DNA of 64,000 nucleotides from Mobula hypostoma (Eukaryota): the NCBI RefSeq assembly GCF_963921235.1, contig NC_086097.1, positions 118,112,001 to 118,176,000 of the forward strand, in the 5' to 3' direction. Shown one piece after another: positions 25,463-38,955 of this stretch; position 1 is the stretch's first letter; each line of letters starts with the position of its first letter. The translations under genes were made by a program, and so were the position numbers. Below the pieces are notes generated by a model. The model searched no databases and was not told the DNA's origin. It saw nothing but the letters and a program-made list of their open reading frames with translations.

Positions 25463-25840
25463 CTAAGGCATAAAAATGTGCCCAACTGAACAGTTAGATC
25501 CCTGTTCAACATCTCATCAGAAAGATAAATCATGTGTTAGTCTCTTAGTTATTTCCAATTTATGAAGCCAACATTCAGATAAGTTTCTTTACTTCTGATG
25601 TTTGAATGATTTCTGTTTCAGTTTTTTCCTCCACCACAACAGCACCTATCTTAACTGTACACCTATCACAGATCTAGGTGTTATCTTGGGAATTAACTCC
25701 CTGTCCATTTTATGCCCAGTTGAAAGAGTCCAATTCAAAACGTAACGTTAATTGAAAAAGATATAGGATATTCTGTACAGAAAATGATAGTTGACTAGCT
25801 GGGGAAAATATCTTCTGAGATAGTTAAATCCTTAGCTTAC

Positions 25841-25948
25841 CTTCCGCCATCTTATTATATCCACTGGGGGTGTATTTCTTTTGTAGGAATATTTATGCAA
25901 GTACAGTATATTTCCATTTTTGGATTGGTATTTATGTCGAAAAAGTAC
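25841..25948 (-). CDS. Candidate host exon, 108 nt, phase 0 to 0 (VLFRHKYQSKNGNILYLHKYSYKRNTPPVDIIRWRK)
   Basis: AG acceptor after a T-run, AAG|GTAAGC donor, 36 open codons; the inverted copy is frameshifted. Confidence 0.55.
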
Positions 25949-26855
25949 CTATCATGCTATTTCCAGTTGAAAAAAAATGCTTCTCCAAATCGGAATTTGC
26001 TTGAACATAAGACAATTTGTAGATGATCCATGGAAGAATTATTCCTCAAACCCTAAACCACCCACTTCAGGATAACAACATCTTGTTCTTAACTGCACGT
26101 TATGTTGCTGATTTTGCCTATTAATTTTCTGCTAAAATACAAGATGCGAATATTACTAACCTCCTAGTAATATGATAATTATTAATTAGTAAAGACCAAT
26201 TAGTCAATTTTGGTTCAATAAGAGTGAAATCTTATTCCATCAAACAGTGAGTTATCAATGGAGGTCCTTGAAATGAAAATATTTTATTTACAACTTTTAT
26301 TGTTTTCTCTTTTTCTTTTTTATCTTAACTTATTTTTTCCATTTCCTCACGTTAATTTCTCTTTCTGAGTTCATCGTCTAAATGATCCTGCTTCTTAATT
26401 GTTTTTCTCTGTCTCCTCAATTCTTAATGTGCATTTATTGAGGGGATTAGCTGCTGTTGTGTTGTTCACCGAGATCCAAGTGATCCCTCACCACATCGTT
26501 GTGGACTCACATTTTCAGCAACCTGTAAGACCGTTCCAGGCAACGGTCTAACTGAGAAAATCATGATCTCTTATTATGACCTGCTATCACCCTTAAATGT
26601 AAATACAACTATGCAATACTTGAATTAATTTTCTAACGACTGCAATTTTCTAACTACTTACAGCACCTGAGCAAACCTGCTTATTATAACCGTGGACTGT
26701 CATCAGATCTTTATCCAGGATAGGTGGAAATGTTGATTTTTCTATTTAATTTGGCTTCAGGGCCATTGGCTTTGACATTTGCCTAGTCCTTCCAGCTCTG
26801 AATGCCTGTGAACGGTGCCCCAGGCATAACTAAATTAGTGAAATAGTGACTTATA

Positions 26856-27350
26856 TGAGGGGTGATTGATAAATTCATAGCTTAAATTAGAAGGAGATGA
26901 GTTATTAACTTCAAACTTTCTGCATTTTCACTCAAAGAGTTGATCTGCACATGCGTGTAACGAGAGCGGTGTAACTCATCTCCTTCTACCTTAGGCCACG
27001 AACTTATCAATCACCCCTGCTATGGACCACCTCGAGGTCCAAGATGCTCTCATTAAATGCATGTGCAGTTCAACTCTTTGAGTGATAATGCAGAATGTTT
27101 GAAGTTAATAACTCATCTCCTTCTACCTTAGGCCACAAACTTATCAATCGCCCCTGCTGTGGACCACTTCTACAGAGAAGGGATCCATATGCTCCACGAC
27201 CGCTGGACTAGGTGTGTACATGTAGGAGGGGACTATGTTGAAAAGTAAATGTGCTAGATTTTCTAAAATTGACTCCTTAAAGTAAATGAGCTAGGTTTTC
27301 TAAAATTGACTCCTTCTACTTTAGGCCACAAACTTATCAATCACCCCTCG
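26856..27350 (+). mobile_element. Non-autonomous mariner element with internally reiterated TIR
   Basis: TA TSD; TIR (C/T)GAGGGGTGATTGATAA; transposase C-terminal remnant FYREGIHMLHDRWTRCVHVGGDYVEK* at 27168-27248. Confidence 0.85.
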
Positions 27351-27699
27351 TATTTATCCAGTCATGAAGAGGTTTCATAGACTCTGACTTGAATATAGTG
27401 GGACTTATCACTTCAATCCATGCACCTGTATTGTATGTTAACCTGTTCAGTGGTAGAAAATTGGAAACTGCTCTTAATATTTTCTTAATATTGTTGCCAT
27501 GGCCAGGCAGACAATCTCTGAAGAGTATTGATAATGGCCGGGACCACTCATCTTTTAAAGTCATAGCCCCAAAGGCGGCAATAGCAAAACCACTTCTGTA
27601 GAAAACTTTGCAAAGAACCATCATAGTCGTGAGAAGACCATGATTACCGACATCATACCACATGGCACATAACGAATGAACAAATGTTGGTCAATATTA

Positions 27700-27908
27700 A
27701 TTTGGAGAAGCTTTTTTTTTTCAATTGAAAATAGCATGATAGCTACTTTTTCTACATAAATACCAATCCAAGAATGGAATTGTACTGTACTTGCATAAAT
27801 TTCCTACGAAAGAAATACTGTCCCAGTGGATATAATAAGATGGTGGAAGGTAAACTAAGGATATAACTATCTCAGAAGATATTTTCCCCAGCTAGTCAAC
27901 CATCATTT
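27700..27908 (+). pseudogene. Inverted duplicate (pseudo-exon) of 25782-25990
   Basis: Roughly 90% identical (by eye) to the reverse complement of 25782-25990; 1-bp deletion breaks the frame; donor changed GTAAGC to GTAAAC. Confidence 0.85.
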
Positions 27909-28957
27909 CATTCAAATTAAGTCATTCAACACCAGTGTGGAAGAGGTAAACCTTGAATCTAAATATAAATACTGTTTGAACAGATTCAATGACCAAGAGA
28001 AATCAAGTATTTCCGCCATATAATTTGAACAAAACTTTAAGTTAAGAATTAGTTACAGCGAAAGTATATCTGCAATTTTTAGCAGCTTTGATAAGGGAGA
28101 TGGGAGTTGAGACAAGCTTACATGTCATAAACTGAAAATCTGGCCTTTCTTGCTTTTGGATTAGAACTTTGGACAATTATGCTCGAACTCTGTTTTCCAT
28201 CATTCGCCATTTTCTCTCCAACTGGTTGATATATCAACCTCTGGCTTCTATCTCTAGTGAGTGTTTGACCTATTTGCCTGTCAATCTCAGTGGAGCACTC
28301 CTTAATTAGTTGGATGGTTGCTAAGGTAACAGAAGGAATCAGGGAATGAAAAAAAGAATTTATGCATGAACCGTGAGTGATTTTAGTCCCAGCTGTAATG
28401 ACACCAAAAAGAAGTGAAGGTCATTACAAATTTTACATTTATTCTGCTTTATACAAAATGCACTAACAAAACTGTATAATAGGATTAGTATGGGCATATT
28501 GGAAAATGGCACTAACATTTGGTAGTACTTTTGCCCACTCGGATGAGCTTGAAAATGGATGCCATTTTGCACTTGAAGGAATTTCAGAAGTTCTTTTTCC
28601 CCACTTTTGTTTTAACTAATTGGTTCCTAAAGCCTGGAATTTGTTTTTAAAGATAATATGAACTGTATTGGAACTGCTCCATGCTTGTTCCTGCAGAAAC
28701 ATGACTCCAGGATGACATTCCATACACCGTCAACCTTCAGAGCATGCCATTCAGGGACTTGTTTATTTATTGACTTCATGTGCTTTCGAGCTTTACTGTG
28801 CAAACTATCATATACATAAAACTGTCTGTATTATCAAAGTATGTATATGTCACTACATACACTACTTTGCAAAAGTCCGAAGCACATATATATATTTGTA
28901 AAATTTGTAAACTGCAAATTTGTAAATCTGGCAGGGGCAAAGGATGTTGGGAATGGG

Positions 28958-29665
28958 AAGACCATAAGACGTGGGAGCAGAATTAAGCCATCCAGCCCAT
29001 TGAGCCACTCTGCCATTTCATCATGACTGATTCCAGAACCTGTTCTACCCCATACACCCGCCCTTTCCCCGTATCCCTTGATGCCCCAACCAAGCAGGAA
29101 TCTATAAACTTCCGCTTTAAATATACCCATGGACTTGGCCTTCACCACAGTCTGTGGCAGTGCATTCCACAGATTCACCACTCTTCAGCTATTAAAATTC
29201 CTTCTTACTTCTGTTCTAAAAGGTTACCCTTCAAATTTGAGGCTGTGCTCTCTAGCTCTGACTAGCCCTGCAGAGGAAACATCCTCTCCACATCCACCCT
29301 ATCCAGTCCTTTCAGCATTCGGTAGGTTTTAATGAGATTCCCACACATTCTTCTAAATTCCAGTGAGTTCAGACCCAAAGCTGCTAAATGCTCCTCATAT
29401 GTTAACCCCTTCATTGTAGAATCATCCTTGTGAACCTCCTCAACTTTCTCCAATGACAACACATCCTTTCTGAGATATGTGACCCAAAACTGTTGGCAAT
29501 ACTCCAAGTGCAGCCTGACTAGTGTCTTATAAAACTTCAGCATTATCTTCTCGTTTTTATATTTTATTCCCCTTGAAATAAGTGCCAACATTGCCTTTGC
29601 CTTCTTTACCACAGACTCAACCTGTGAATTAACCTTCTGGGAGTCTTGCACAAGGACACCCCAGT
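28958..29665 (-). mobile_element. CR1 LINE 3' fragment
   Basis: LVRLHLEYCQQFW, VNLWNALPQ..KAKSMGIFK; close to the copy at 6845-7604. Confidence 0.9.
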
Positions 29666-30008
29666 TCCTTTCTAAGGGTGGAGCACAATGGGAGAAGCAT
29701 GGAGCAGGTGGCAGAGAAGGAGTGCCAGGACCAGGTGTGGCACATGCGCAGACAGACCCAGCCCCGAGATGCCAGGCAAAGTCATTTGATTCTAAACAAT
29801 CAGCTTATTGATCATTACAGAATGTCTCTGTTGTTTATCGCTCCTTCCCCTATCCCTTCCTCTTTTCCTAACCATGAATCCCCTCTTCCTGCCCCCTTCT
29901 CACTCTCAGTCCACAACAGGGACCCATATCAGAATCAGGTTTATCATCACTCAATATGCCATGTTTTTTTATGGCAGCAAAACAGTGCAATGCATAAAAT
30001 TACTAAAG

Positions 30009-30069
30009 TACTGTGCAAAAGTCTTAGGCACCCTATATAACTGTCTTTGCCTAAAATCTTTGCACAGTA
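30009..30069. mobile_element. Tiny Tc1-like MITE
   Basis: TACTGTGCAAAAGTCTTAGGCA ... TGCCTAAAATCTTTGCACAGTA inverted ends. Confidence 0.6.
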
Positions 30070-30724
30070 GTGTACTACCCCTGGGATTTTTTTTTTGTAG
30101 ATATTCAGAGTAGAACAAAAAATACAATACAATCAATGAAAAACATAGACTGACACACAAAACTTTTAATTGTCTGTGGTGGTACTTGAGATAAACAAGA
30201 GAGATAGAAATCTTATTTACCCAAATGTTTGTTCACAACCACTCTATTTATTTAGACCCATATTATATCCAATATAATATTGTATATTGGTTTAGAGAAT
30301 TGAAATAAAGAGATTGGAATTTATTGTTGCTTAATCTCAACTAGAATTAAGAGGTAATTCCAGTTATGCAAATACCAACTCAGAGATGCAAACAATAAAC
30401 TCAGGTAGCAGTTATATGAATGTATTAATTAACTGAAGCATGATTCCTTTGGAGTAAGAAACAAATAAGAAGCAACACACAGAAACAGGACTCAAAGTGA
30501 AATTCATTGTTTTTATAGGAGCAGAAATGAGAGAAGATAAAAGAATGATTTAAATGCAAGCACCATTTTGCTGTCCTTGTGACTAAATGAATAGGTAGAC
30601 ATTTGAGTGTTGTTTTCCCATCTTTCTTAATCCATGAACTACAAGTACACTTAGAAAATCCAGTCAGGTATTATTTGATTTAAAGATATTTAATGCATGG
30701 GAATTTGACCAGAAGATCATTAGA

Positions 30725-30975
30725 CTATAAAAAATAGGAGCAGAATTAGGTAATTTGGCCCCCATTTCATTATGCTGATCCATTTTTCCTCTCAGCCCCA
30801 ATCTCCTGCCTTCTGTCCATATCCTTTCAGGCTCTGACTAACCAAGAATCCATCAACCCCTGCCTTAAATATACCCAATGATTTGGCCTTCACAGCTATG
30901 GCAACGAATTCCACTGATTCACTACTCTGGTGAAAGAAGTTTCTCCTCATCTCTGTTTTAAATGGATGTCCCTCT
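30725..30975 (-). mobile_element. CR1 LINE 3' fragment
   Basis: HPFKTEMRRNFF..KAKSLGIFK. Confidence 0.8.
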
Positions 30976-32291
30976 TTGTTTGAGTTGTGTGACATTACTA
31001 ATTTCTTTGTGTATGTATTTTCCTCTTACAAATCTATTTAAGATATTGTACAGTGTCCTCTATGCCCTACCCCAAGTATAGAAATACATTAGGTGGCCAG
31101 ACCTATGATGGCACTCAACAGCGACTTCTTCCAGCTCATCTGCAAAAACGGCTTAATTTTCTACCTTTAATGCTTCGCTTTTCCCTTTTCAAGGTGGCTA
31201 GGGTTCTGTCGAAGACCCTGACCTTGAGCTACACTTCAACCTTGGTTCTTTGCAGCAATGGGCCCCGTTCCAAGGGCTTATTGACAGGCCACTTTTCGAT
31301 ATCCCAAGGACACGGCTTGGAAGACAAGCAGACCTTCGAGGTTCTGAGGCTTTGCAGTCCTGGGAGACAAGCTGATTCCACCGACTGAAACATTAGGGGA
31401 GAAAACAGAACAGCGGATCAGCTGCCATGGGTTCTGTACTCGGTGAATAGAGCACTCTCATTCTTTCTCGTGTTGGTGGGGGAAGTTTGTTGCTGACTCT
31501 CAAGTCGGAGAACTAAAAAAATGGTGACACAGCAGACTTTAACACTGTAAATCAGTGAGTTGTTTGTTTTTGTTGGTCTCCTTTCTCACTGTGAAAGGGT
31601 GACACCTCTCTGTCACTTTATTCGTATGTTGAATTGTCAGGTGAATAATCAGCTTCTGTTGTACTGTAGATCATGGTCTTTCTTGTTGGCTTTCCTATTG
31701 CTTGCTTCATGTGTGGAGGGTGCAGATGTATATTTTTGCTCAAGTAAGTCGGGGAGGGGAAGGGCCATTGCTTTGCTGACACTTGTGAATGGGTGGGGAT
31801 GGTATTGTGGGGGCCTTTCAAGTTCTAACATTTTTACTGTCACTGATTCTTTGGGACACTCTCTGTTTTTGTGGATGTCTGTGAAGAACAAGAATTTCAG
31901 GTTGTATAATGTATACATTCTCTGATATGAAATGAGGTTGTTGAACTAATGAATATTATACCAGAATTCTCAGCATGCATTTCATCAGTCTTCTTGATTT
32001 ACAAAATTCCATTTAGCATACTTTCTAATGTGATCTTTTTCATAAATCAAGATGTAGTTGCAGATAATGCATAATATCCAGATGTTCCTTTTCCAATATA
32101 TTACCACAACTTCAAAATGCTTTAATCAAGAAAACCTTCTGAAAATCTAAATACATCACATTTACCCCCATGCTTATTTTGCTAATCTCATCATCAACAA
32201 ACTCCAAATGATTAATTAAAAGTGATTTCTATTTCGTCTAACCCCGACAACAGAGCTCTGTCCTATATTCTTTTATAGGTGTTTTACTTAC

Positions 32292-32330
32292 TTTCATTAT
32301 AAATAAAGGCTGTTCCCAGATTATCAACAC
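32292..32330 (-). CDS. Weak candidate host exon, 39 nt, phase 0 to 0 (VLIIWEQPLFIMK)
   Basis: Strong AAA|GTAAGT donor, weak acceptor TAATTCAG; phase compatible with exon 25841-25948. Confidence 0.25.
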
Positions 32331-33213
32331 CTGAATTATGGACATCCACACATATGAATGGGCTCTCATTAATATTATTGCATTCAATAGTCCTACGTAC
32401 ATACATATGCTCATTCCCATGAATGGCAGAACTGCTCTCTTTCTCTCCCTCTCTCCCCCTCCCTCTCAACTTTTAGTATTTGTTCTATCTTATCAGACAA
32501 ACAAGAACCAGTCTTGAAAAAAACACGTATTTAATGTAACTTCCTTTCAGTAATAAAAAAAATCCCTTAAAAACACAAGCTGCCAATTTCACCGCAGGAG
32601 GCACAAGAGGTAAAGCTTTGGAAACTGACAAGCTATCATTTTCATTCATACTTGTGAAAGCATACTCTACTTAACATTGTGGCTCTGGAGTCCAAGTTTC
32701 AGGAAACTAGTAGTATCAACTTGAATGGTCTTATGTACTGATACTTCAAGTTTTCTGAAACCAGCCATTGACTGTGGGACATCCTGATTCTATATCATTA
32801 TAACTAGGCAAGGGAAGATGGTAAATAAAAATATTCATGGCATCAATATTAACATCATTCATTAAAATACTGATTACAGCATTGAGAGATTTATGGTAAA
32901 ATCAACTATGGATGTCTGTAGAAATGAAACTGATAACCCGGCTACTGACTGTACAGCATTTATCTCTTGAGTTTTCACTATCTGTTTGATTCCTGTCTGT
33001 TTTCGGTCTTCCTCCTTTCTTAAAAAGTGGGATCACATCTGCTATCCTCCAGTCTGCTGAAACATGGCAGAATCACTACAATTTGGCAAGAAGATAACTA
33101 TTTTCTTTACAGTCACCTTATTCAAAACTCTGGGATATAGGTTATTAATATCTCTAGATACTTGGTTCTCAAACATTTCTAGTGGATTTTGTTGTATGAA
33201 AGCAAACCAGAAA

Positions 33214-33911
33214 CAATGGGTTCCAGTTAACTGGGCCATTGATTAATTGAAGAAGCTGCTTATTTGGGACAGGTCTTAAGAACAAAAACTAATTGAGAAA
33301 ATAGTTGGAATTCCCTTTGTTTGCTTGTGACACTATACTACTTAATTAGGACAGGAAACTGTTGCCCAACAGTTTGTAACTAGCTTCAGTCACATGAAAT
33401 TATGTGGGTTATAAACACTATGCAAAGCTTAGAACAAACAGTTTTTAAATAGCATCATTTTCATGTGTTTGTGTTCAAAAGGCAGTGATTTCTGTCATTT
33501 ATAGTTGGAGAGTAATAAGCAGTAAGAGAATTTAGAACTGCTTCAATCACAGCAGTTTCAAGCATTCGGTTTTGGAAATATCAGAAACGACGGGAGTGAA
33601 AGTGAAATGTTGCACTACTTCAACAAGGTAGGAACTGGGAACAAGGAATTTGAAAGTATTGACAATCACCTTAAATGTTACAATGAAAATGAAGATTTGG
33701 AGGATGCAATCATTGATCAGAATGAATACACAGTTTTATAGTACTGTAGTGCTGAGGTAGATTTCTAATTTGTTATTTATTTTATTTAAATACATAATTT
33801 GTTACTCAGTTTGTCTTTTGTTACCTTTATAACTTTTTCTATGAAACTTTTTGCTAATTGGGACAGCTGCTTAATTAGGTTCACTGTTTCCCAATTAACC
33901 CAAATCCACTG
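33214..33911. mobile_element. Old pogo/Tigger-like non-autonomous DNA transposon
   Basis: Degenerate TIRs CAATGGGTTCCAGTTAACTGGG / CCCAATTAACCCAAATCCACTG. Confidence 0.55.
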
Positions 33912-34819
33912 TGATTGTTTACTTCCACTGCCATTTCCTTATTCCCCATAATAAATTTTCCTATCACTGTCTTCTAGAATCTCACATTTTCCCTTGATAA
34001 TCAGGAAGTGATTTGGGGAAATTTTCAGATGGAACTATCTATTTGATTCTAACTGGAATGGTAGGCATTGATTTTGAAATCAAGGGTCCTGAAATGCAGT
34101 AATGTTCCTCTTCTTCAAGTTAAAACTTGTGTTTAATTGCATTATTATATTTTCTTTTAATGCTGTGAGAATGAATTTCTAAACCCTCTTCCCCTTTTTG
34201 AATATTGCCATATGATCTTTCAGAATTACAGTTAAGAATTTACTTTATCATATCATTTGAAAGATTGCAATTCTAATAGAATACTTCCTCAGTGCAGCTC
34301 TGAACTATCAGCATGAATATTGTGAACAATATTGCCGAGTGTGAATTTCCTGATTGAGATGATGAGAGTACGATGACTGGGCTACACAACTTTAAGTGTT
34401 ACATTATTATAATAAGCAGTCACCATTTGAGGCCAATATACATGCACTTAATTGACAAGGGAATTTAATTTCTGTGTTCATTCAAAAAATACATCTGACT
34501 TTCTGTATTCTGCAGCTACACAGCAAATCTTTTTTAATACTTTAGTTCTCAGTTTAAATAAAATCAAAGTCATGAAGTCACAGACTTTGAGTCACTTTTA
34601 AGTATAATTTTGTAACTATAATTTATATATATATTATAAATATAAATTATATATATATATATAATATGTGGTTTGGATTAAAGTCAGCCAAAAACTTTAC
34701 AGCATAGAACTCAAGAGAAATTGTGATTATAGTAAAGTGATCTTTAAAATAGCACTTGATAAATTTAATCCTCAAATATTTAGCATACCCAATGAAAAAA
34801 CTACAGCCCATCTAATGTA

Positions 34820-35405
34820 GGCACCTGAAACCTCTGGAAAAATAACCAAAGACCCTTATGAAGGATTTTGTGAATCAGCACTAACACAATGTACGTTCTG
34901 GAGGAGGCTAACACGAACAGCATCTCCAGCATGATAAAGCAACACCAACTCCAATGGACAGGTCATGTCATCTGGATGCCACACTCAAGTGTCCCCAGGC
35001 AGATCCTTTACTCCCAGTTGAAGGAAGGTCAGTGAGCCCCTGGTGGGCAAAGGAAATGTTTCAGAGCTAACATCAAAATCAGTCTGAAGAAATTCAATAT
35101 TGCATCTAAAAACTGGGGAGATGTTGCACTCAATAGATACACCTGGAGGAAATCTGTTCAAGAGGGAGCTGTGCTACATGACAGCGACCTCCACTGTGCC
35201 GTAGAGAATAAGCAGCAGCTGTGAAGGAGAGACTGAACAACCAAAAGACCCAACCACTAACCACAGCCACCACTTACTCTTGCCCACACGGCACCAGCAT
35301 ATGTGGATTCCAGCTCAGCTTCCTCATCTACCTTCGGACCCACCAGCAGATAAATGCCTAGGAGAACACTGTACTCAACTCGAATGATACACTACTACTA
35401 CTAAT
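34820..35405 (+). mobile_element. RTE-clade LINE 3' remnant
   Basis: QLQWTGHVIWMP..PRQILYSQL..G.R..GGQRKCF motif, C-terminal CPH zinc-finger remnant, (TAC)n tail. Confidence 0.75.
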
Positions 35406-35944
35406 ATAGAACAGCAAATTAAAATCAAGCCAGTATTATTCCTTTCATTCTAAAGCCATCAGATATAACTGCAACCTCATTCTGATTCCATTACATGTGA
35501 TATGGTGGCATAGCTACTAGAACTGCTGTCTCTTAGCTCCAGCAACCCACATTCTGTCCGGACCTCTGGTGCCAACTGCATGGCGTTAGCATATTCTCCT
35601 TGTCACCATGTCGGATTTCTCTGGAATAATAATTTCTTCCCACATCCCGATGATGAGCAGGTTCATGGGTTGACTGGCTACTGTTAGTTGCCCCCACGGC
35701 CCCCCCCCCCCAGAAATGAGTTGGAATATCTGGAGGGAGTTGAGGAGAATAAAATGTGGATGATTGGAAATGAGTGTTAAGCAGCTGGATACTTTCAGCT
35801 GAAAGACTTATTTCTATGCTGTCTGACCCAGCGATCCCAGGTCCTGGAGATTATGTGATTAAAATATTGGAGGTAACAGTTAAAATCTGTATTTGTGTCA
35901 AATCTCCAATGTAGAGTTAACTCACCCTGCGATGCTGTCAAAGA

Positions 35945-37560
35945 GTTATAGAGTTAAGCAGCAAGGAAACCTGCCACATGGTCCACAAGTCCGTCCTAAT
36001 CAATAGGCACCCATTGGGATTATTCCCATCTTTCAGCACTCGACCCAAGGCCTTCCATGCCCAGGTAATCCAAGTGCTCATCTAAACACTTGCTGAGAGC
36101 TGCCAACAATCTGAAACACATTATTCTCTCAGGCAATAAAATTCAATTACTTAACACTCACTGCATGTAAAAGGTCTTCCTCAATCCTCTCTAAATACTT
36201 TACCCCTCACACTAAATCTATCTCCTCTAGTTTTCCTCTGCCTCTCAAATGGGGAAATGTTTACTGCATTTTACCTGATCAGAATCAAGTTTAATATTAA
36301 TGGCATAATTTAAGAAATTTGTTCCTCATCATTTTCTATACTTTGGTTATATCCCCTCTTAAACACCTCTGCCCCAGGGTGAACTGACCAAGCCTCTCTC
36401 TTCATGACTGAAATGCTGCAGCCCAAGCAGCCTCCCAGTAAACCTTCTCTGAACCCTCTGCAACTATATCACTTTTCTCCTATACCTTGGTGACCGGCAC
36501 TGCACACAGTATTCCAGCCGAGATCTGATCAGTGCTTTATAAAGCTAGAGCACCACATCCTTGTTCTTATATTCAGAATACATTTCCACAGGTCCTTAAC
36601 CAGGTTGTCTCCCTATACCTAAAATGCTGGAGGAACTCAGTAGATCAGGCAACATCTATCAGAGAAATAAATAGTTAATGTTTCAGGCTGAGACCCTGAT
36701 GAAGGATCTTGGCCCAAAATATTGAGTATTTTATTGGTGCTATAAAGATAAAGATTAGCCTTATTTGTCAATAGTAGATTAAAACATCGAAGCAAACATT
36801 GAAACGCGTTGTTTGTGTCAAATCAAATCAGCAAGGATATTAGTTTACAGCCCACAAGTGTCGCTATGCACTTGGTGCCAATGGAGCATTCCCACACAAA
36901 TTATTAACCATAGCCGTACATCTTTGAAATGTGGGAGGAAACCAGTGAACCTTTTGGAAATTCACATGTCACAGGGAGAACGTATAAGCGACTTACAGAC
37001 AGTGGCGTGAATCGAACCTCGATTAGTGATCGTTGGTGCTGTAATAGAGTTACACTAACCGCTATGTTAATGTACTGCCTGACTTGCTAAATTCCTGCAT
37101 AATTTTGTGTGTGTTGCTCAAGACTGATAGCATTTGCTGTGACTCGTGTGTTTATTGCCCTGTGCTGTTACTTTTAAGATCTTTGAGCTTGTACCCTAAG
37201 TTCCCTCTGTTTGTTCGTATTCCCTAGCAGCCTACTATACATGGAGTACGTCCTAGCTACATGAGTATTCTCAAAATGCGTCAGCTCACAATTATCTGGA
37301 TTAAACCCCATTTGCTATTTCCGATCGCCTCATGGTAAGATGTATCCTCCACATTGCAAACAACTCCACCAACTTTCATGTTATATGTAGACATTCTGGT
37401 CATGCGTCTTACATCCATACCCGAACCTCTCACATGTATTACAAACAGCAAGTGACTCAGCACCAGTTCTCTGTGGAACACTGCTAGTTACAGATATCCA
37501 ACCAGACAAAAAAACCCTTCTATCACCACCCTCTATCTACTATTGCCAAGCCAATTTGTC
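35945..37560 (-). mobile_element. Old CR1 fragments interleaved with a palindromic repeat and a SINE
   Basis: Degenerate CR1 ORF2 on the minus strand at about 35945-36590 and 37150-37560. Confidence 0.6.
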
Positions 37561-37815
37561 AGCCTCAAAAAGGTATAAATATCACAGTCACAATAGGGAT
37601 CTGGATTCCTGATGAATGTGCAGTAGGATGTCTCTCAGTCTTCTGTAACATAATGACTAAAGATGTGGACAGATGGCAAAGCTGATGTACAGTATTGTGT
37701 AACATAACCTGACAACAAAAAAAGGGTTTTGAAACTCTGGCAGATTAGTATAGGTTACCTAGAATAGCCAGCAGCCTTTATGGGATGACTCAGAGGATCT
37801 GACCATGTATGAGAA

Positions 37816-38096
37816 TAGGGGAGAGGAAAGAAGTTAGTGAAAGAAAGAGAGGAAGAGAAAGGGAGAGAGAAAAAAGGGGGGGGGAGAGAAGGGGGGAACA
37901 GACAGAGAGAAGGGGGAGAGGGAGGGGGGCAGAGGGGGTACAGAGAGAGAGTAAGAGTGGGAGAGAGAGAAAAAGGAGGGAGAGAGAGAGGGAGGGAGAG
38001 GGGAGAGGGAGAGGGGGAGGGAGAGAGGGGAAGGGAGAGAGGGGGAGGGGAGAGAGAGAGAGAGAGCAAGAGAGAGAGAGAGAGAGAGAAAGAAAG
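37816..38096. repeat. Polypurine (GA/GGA-rich) low-complexity tract
   Basis: About 280 bp almost exclusively G/A on the plus strand. Confidence 0.95.
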
Positions 38097-38955
38097 ACTT
38101 TATCATCATGTGAAGATTGAAACATACAGTGAAATGTTTCATTTGTCTCAATCACCATCAGTCCGAGGATGGATGTACTGGGTCCAGCCCATAAGTGTCA
38201 CCTTACTTCCAGCCTCAACATAGCATACCCACGATTCTCTAACCCTGACACATACATTTTTCAAATGTGGGAGGAAACCAGAAGATCCAGAGGAAACCCA
38301 TGGTGGGAGTGTACAAACTGATCACACTCTACTATGCTTTATTTAAAGGTAAGAATTGAGTTTTGGCAGGTTGTGCCTGCCTGCAGCATAATGAAAGACA
38401 CTGGTTGCAAAGCTCAAACACACAGAAGTCTTGAAATTAATAGCAATAATATGGCAAGGAATGAAAGATAGTGGTGGAGGAAACATTAAGCCTGGATGTT
38501 TACAACAGGGCATGTTAAATGGAGAGGATGGTATTGATCACGATCAATCATTTTCTTCAAGAGGAGGAAAGCGTGAGCAATGCGCATCTATCAAATCTTG
38601 GAATAAGGAAATCAAAGGAAGCATATTAATTAAAGAAAACTGGCTCCAAACCATATCGCACATTCATTTAGTTGCTTTTTAGAAAATTAAAATGTTCCCA
38701 TTTGCAGAATAGTTCAGAGGTTAGAAGAATACTTCAAACTACAGTTATTTGCGGTAGCAGACAGCTATAAACTCAACACCCTTGATCAGGAAATAGGAGG
38801 AAGTTAATTTGGCATTCCGTATGATCATTAAAGGTCCTGTTACTTCGGAATTTTGAGGCCATGTATTGAGTGATAGGGTGTCTAAATGATGAACCAAACT
38901 AGTCTAAATCACATTTGGCTTGGCTTGTAGGATTATGACTTTCATGATGACATCC

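Noticed and set aside
25850..25915. CXC-chemokine-like peptide YCTCINIPTKEIHPQWI in an alternative frame
   Set aside because: It ends in TAA TAA before the third cysteine; the other frame is open and splice-compatible
25782..27908. Interpretation as a DNA transposon with 210-bp TIRs
   Set aside because: No TSD or recognisable terminal motif, and the arm matches an exon with splice sites; not fully excluded without a copy-number search
35926..35934. Possible 9-nt microexon (TTTGACAG|CATCGCAGG|GTGAGT) on the minus strand
   Set aside because: The acceptor derives from a CR1 tail and there is no other support
37755..38223. Overlapping Pro/Ser/Leu- and Glu/Arg/Gly-rich ORFs
   Set aside because: Artefacts of the GA low-complexity tract
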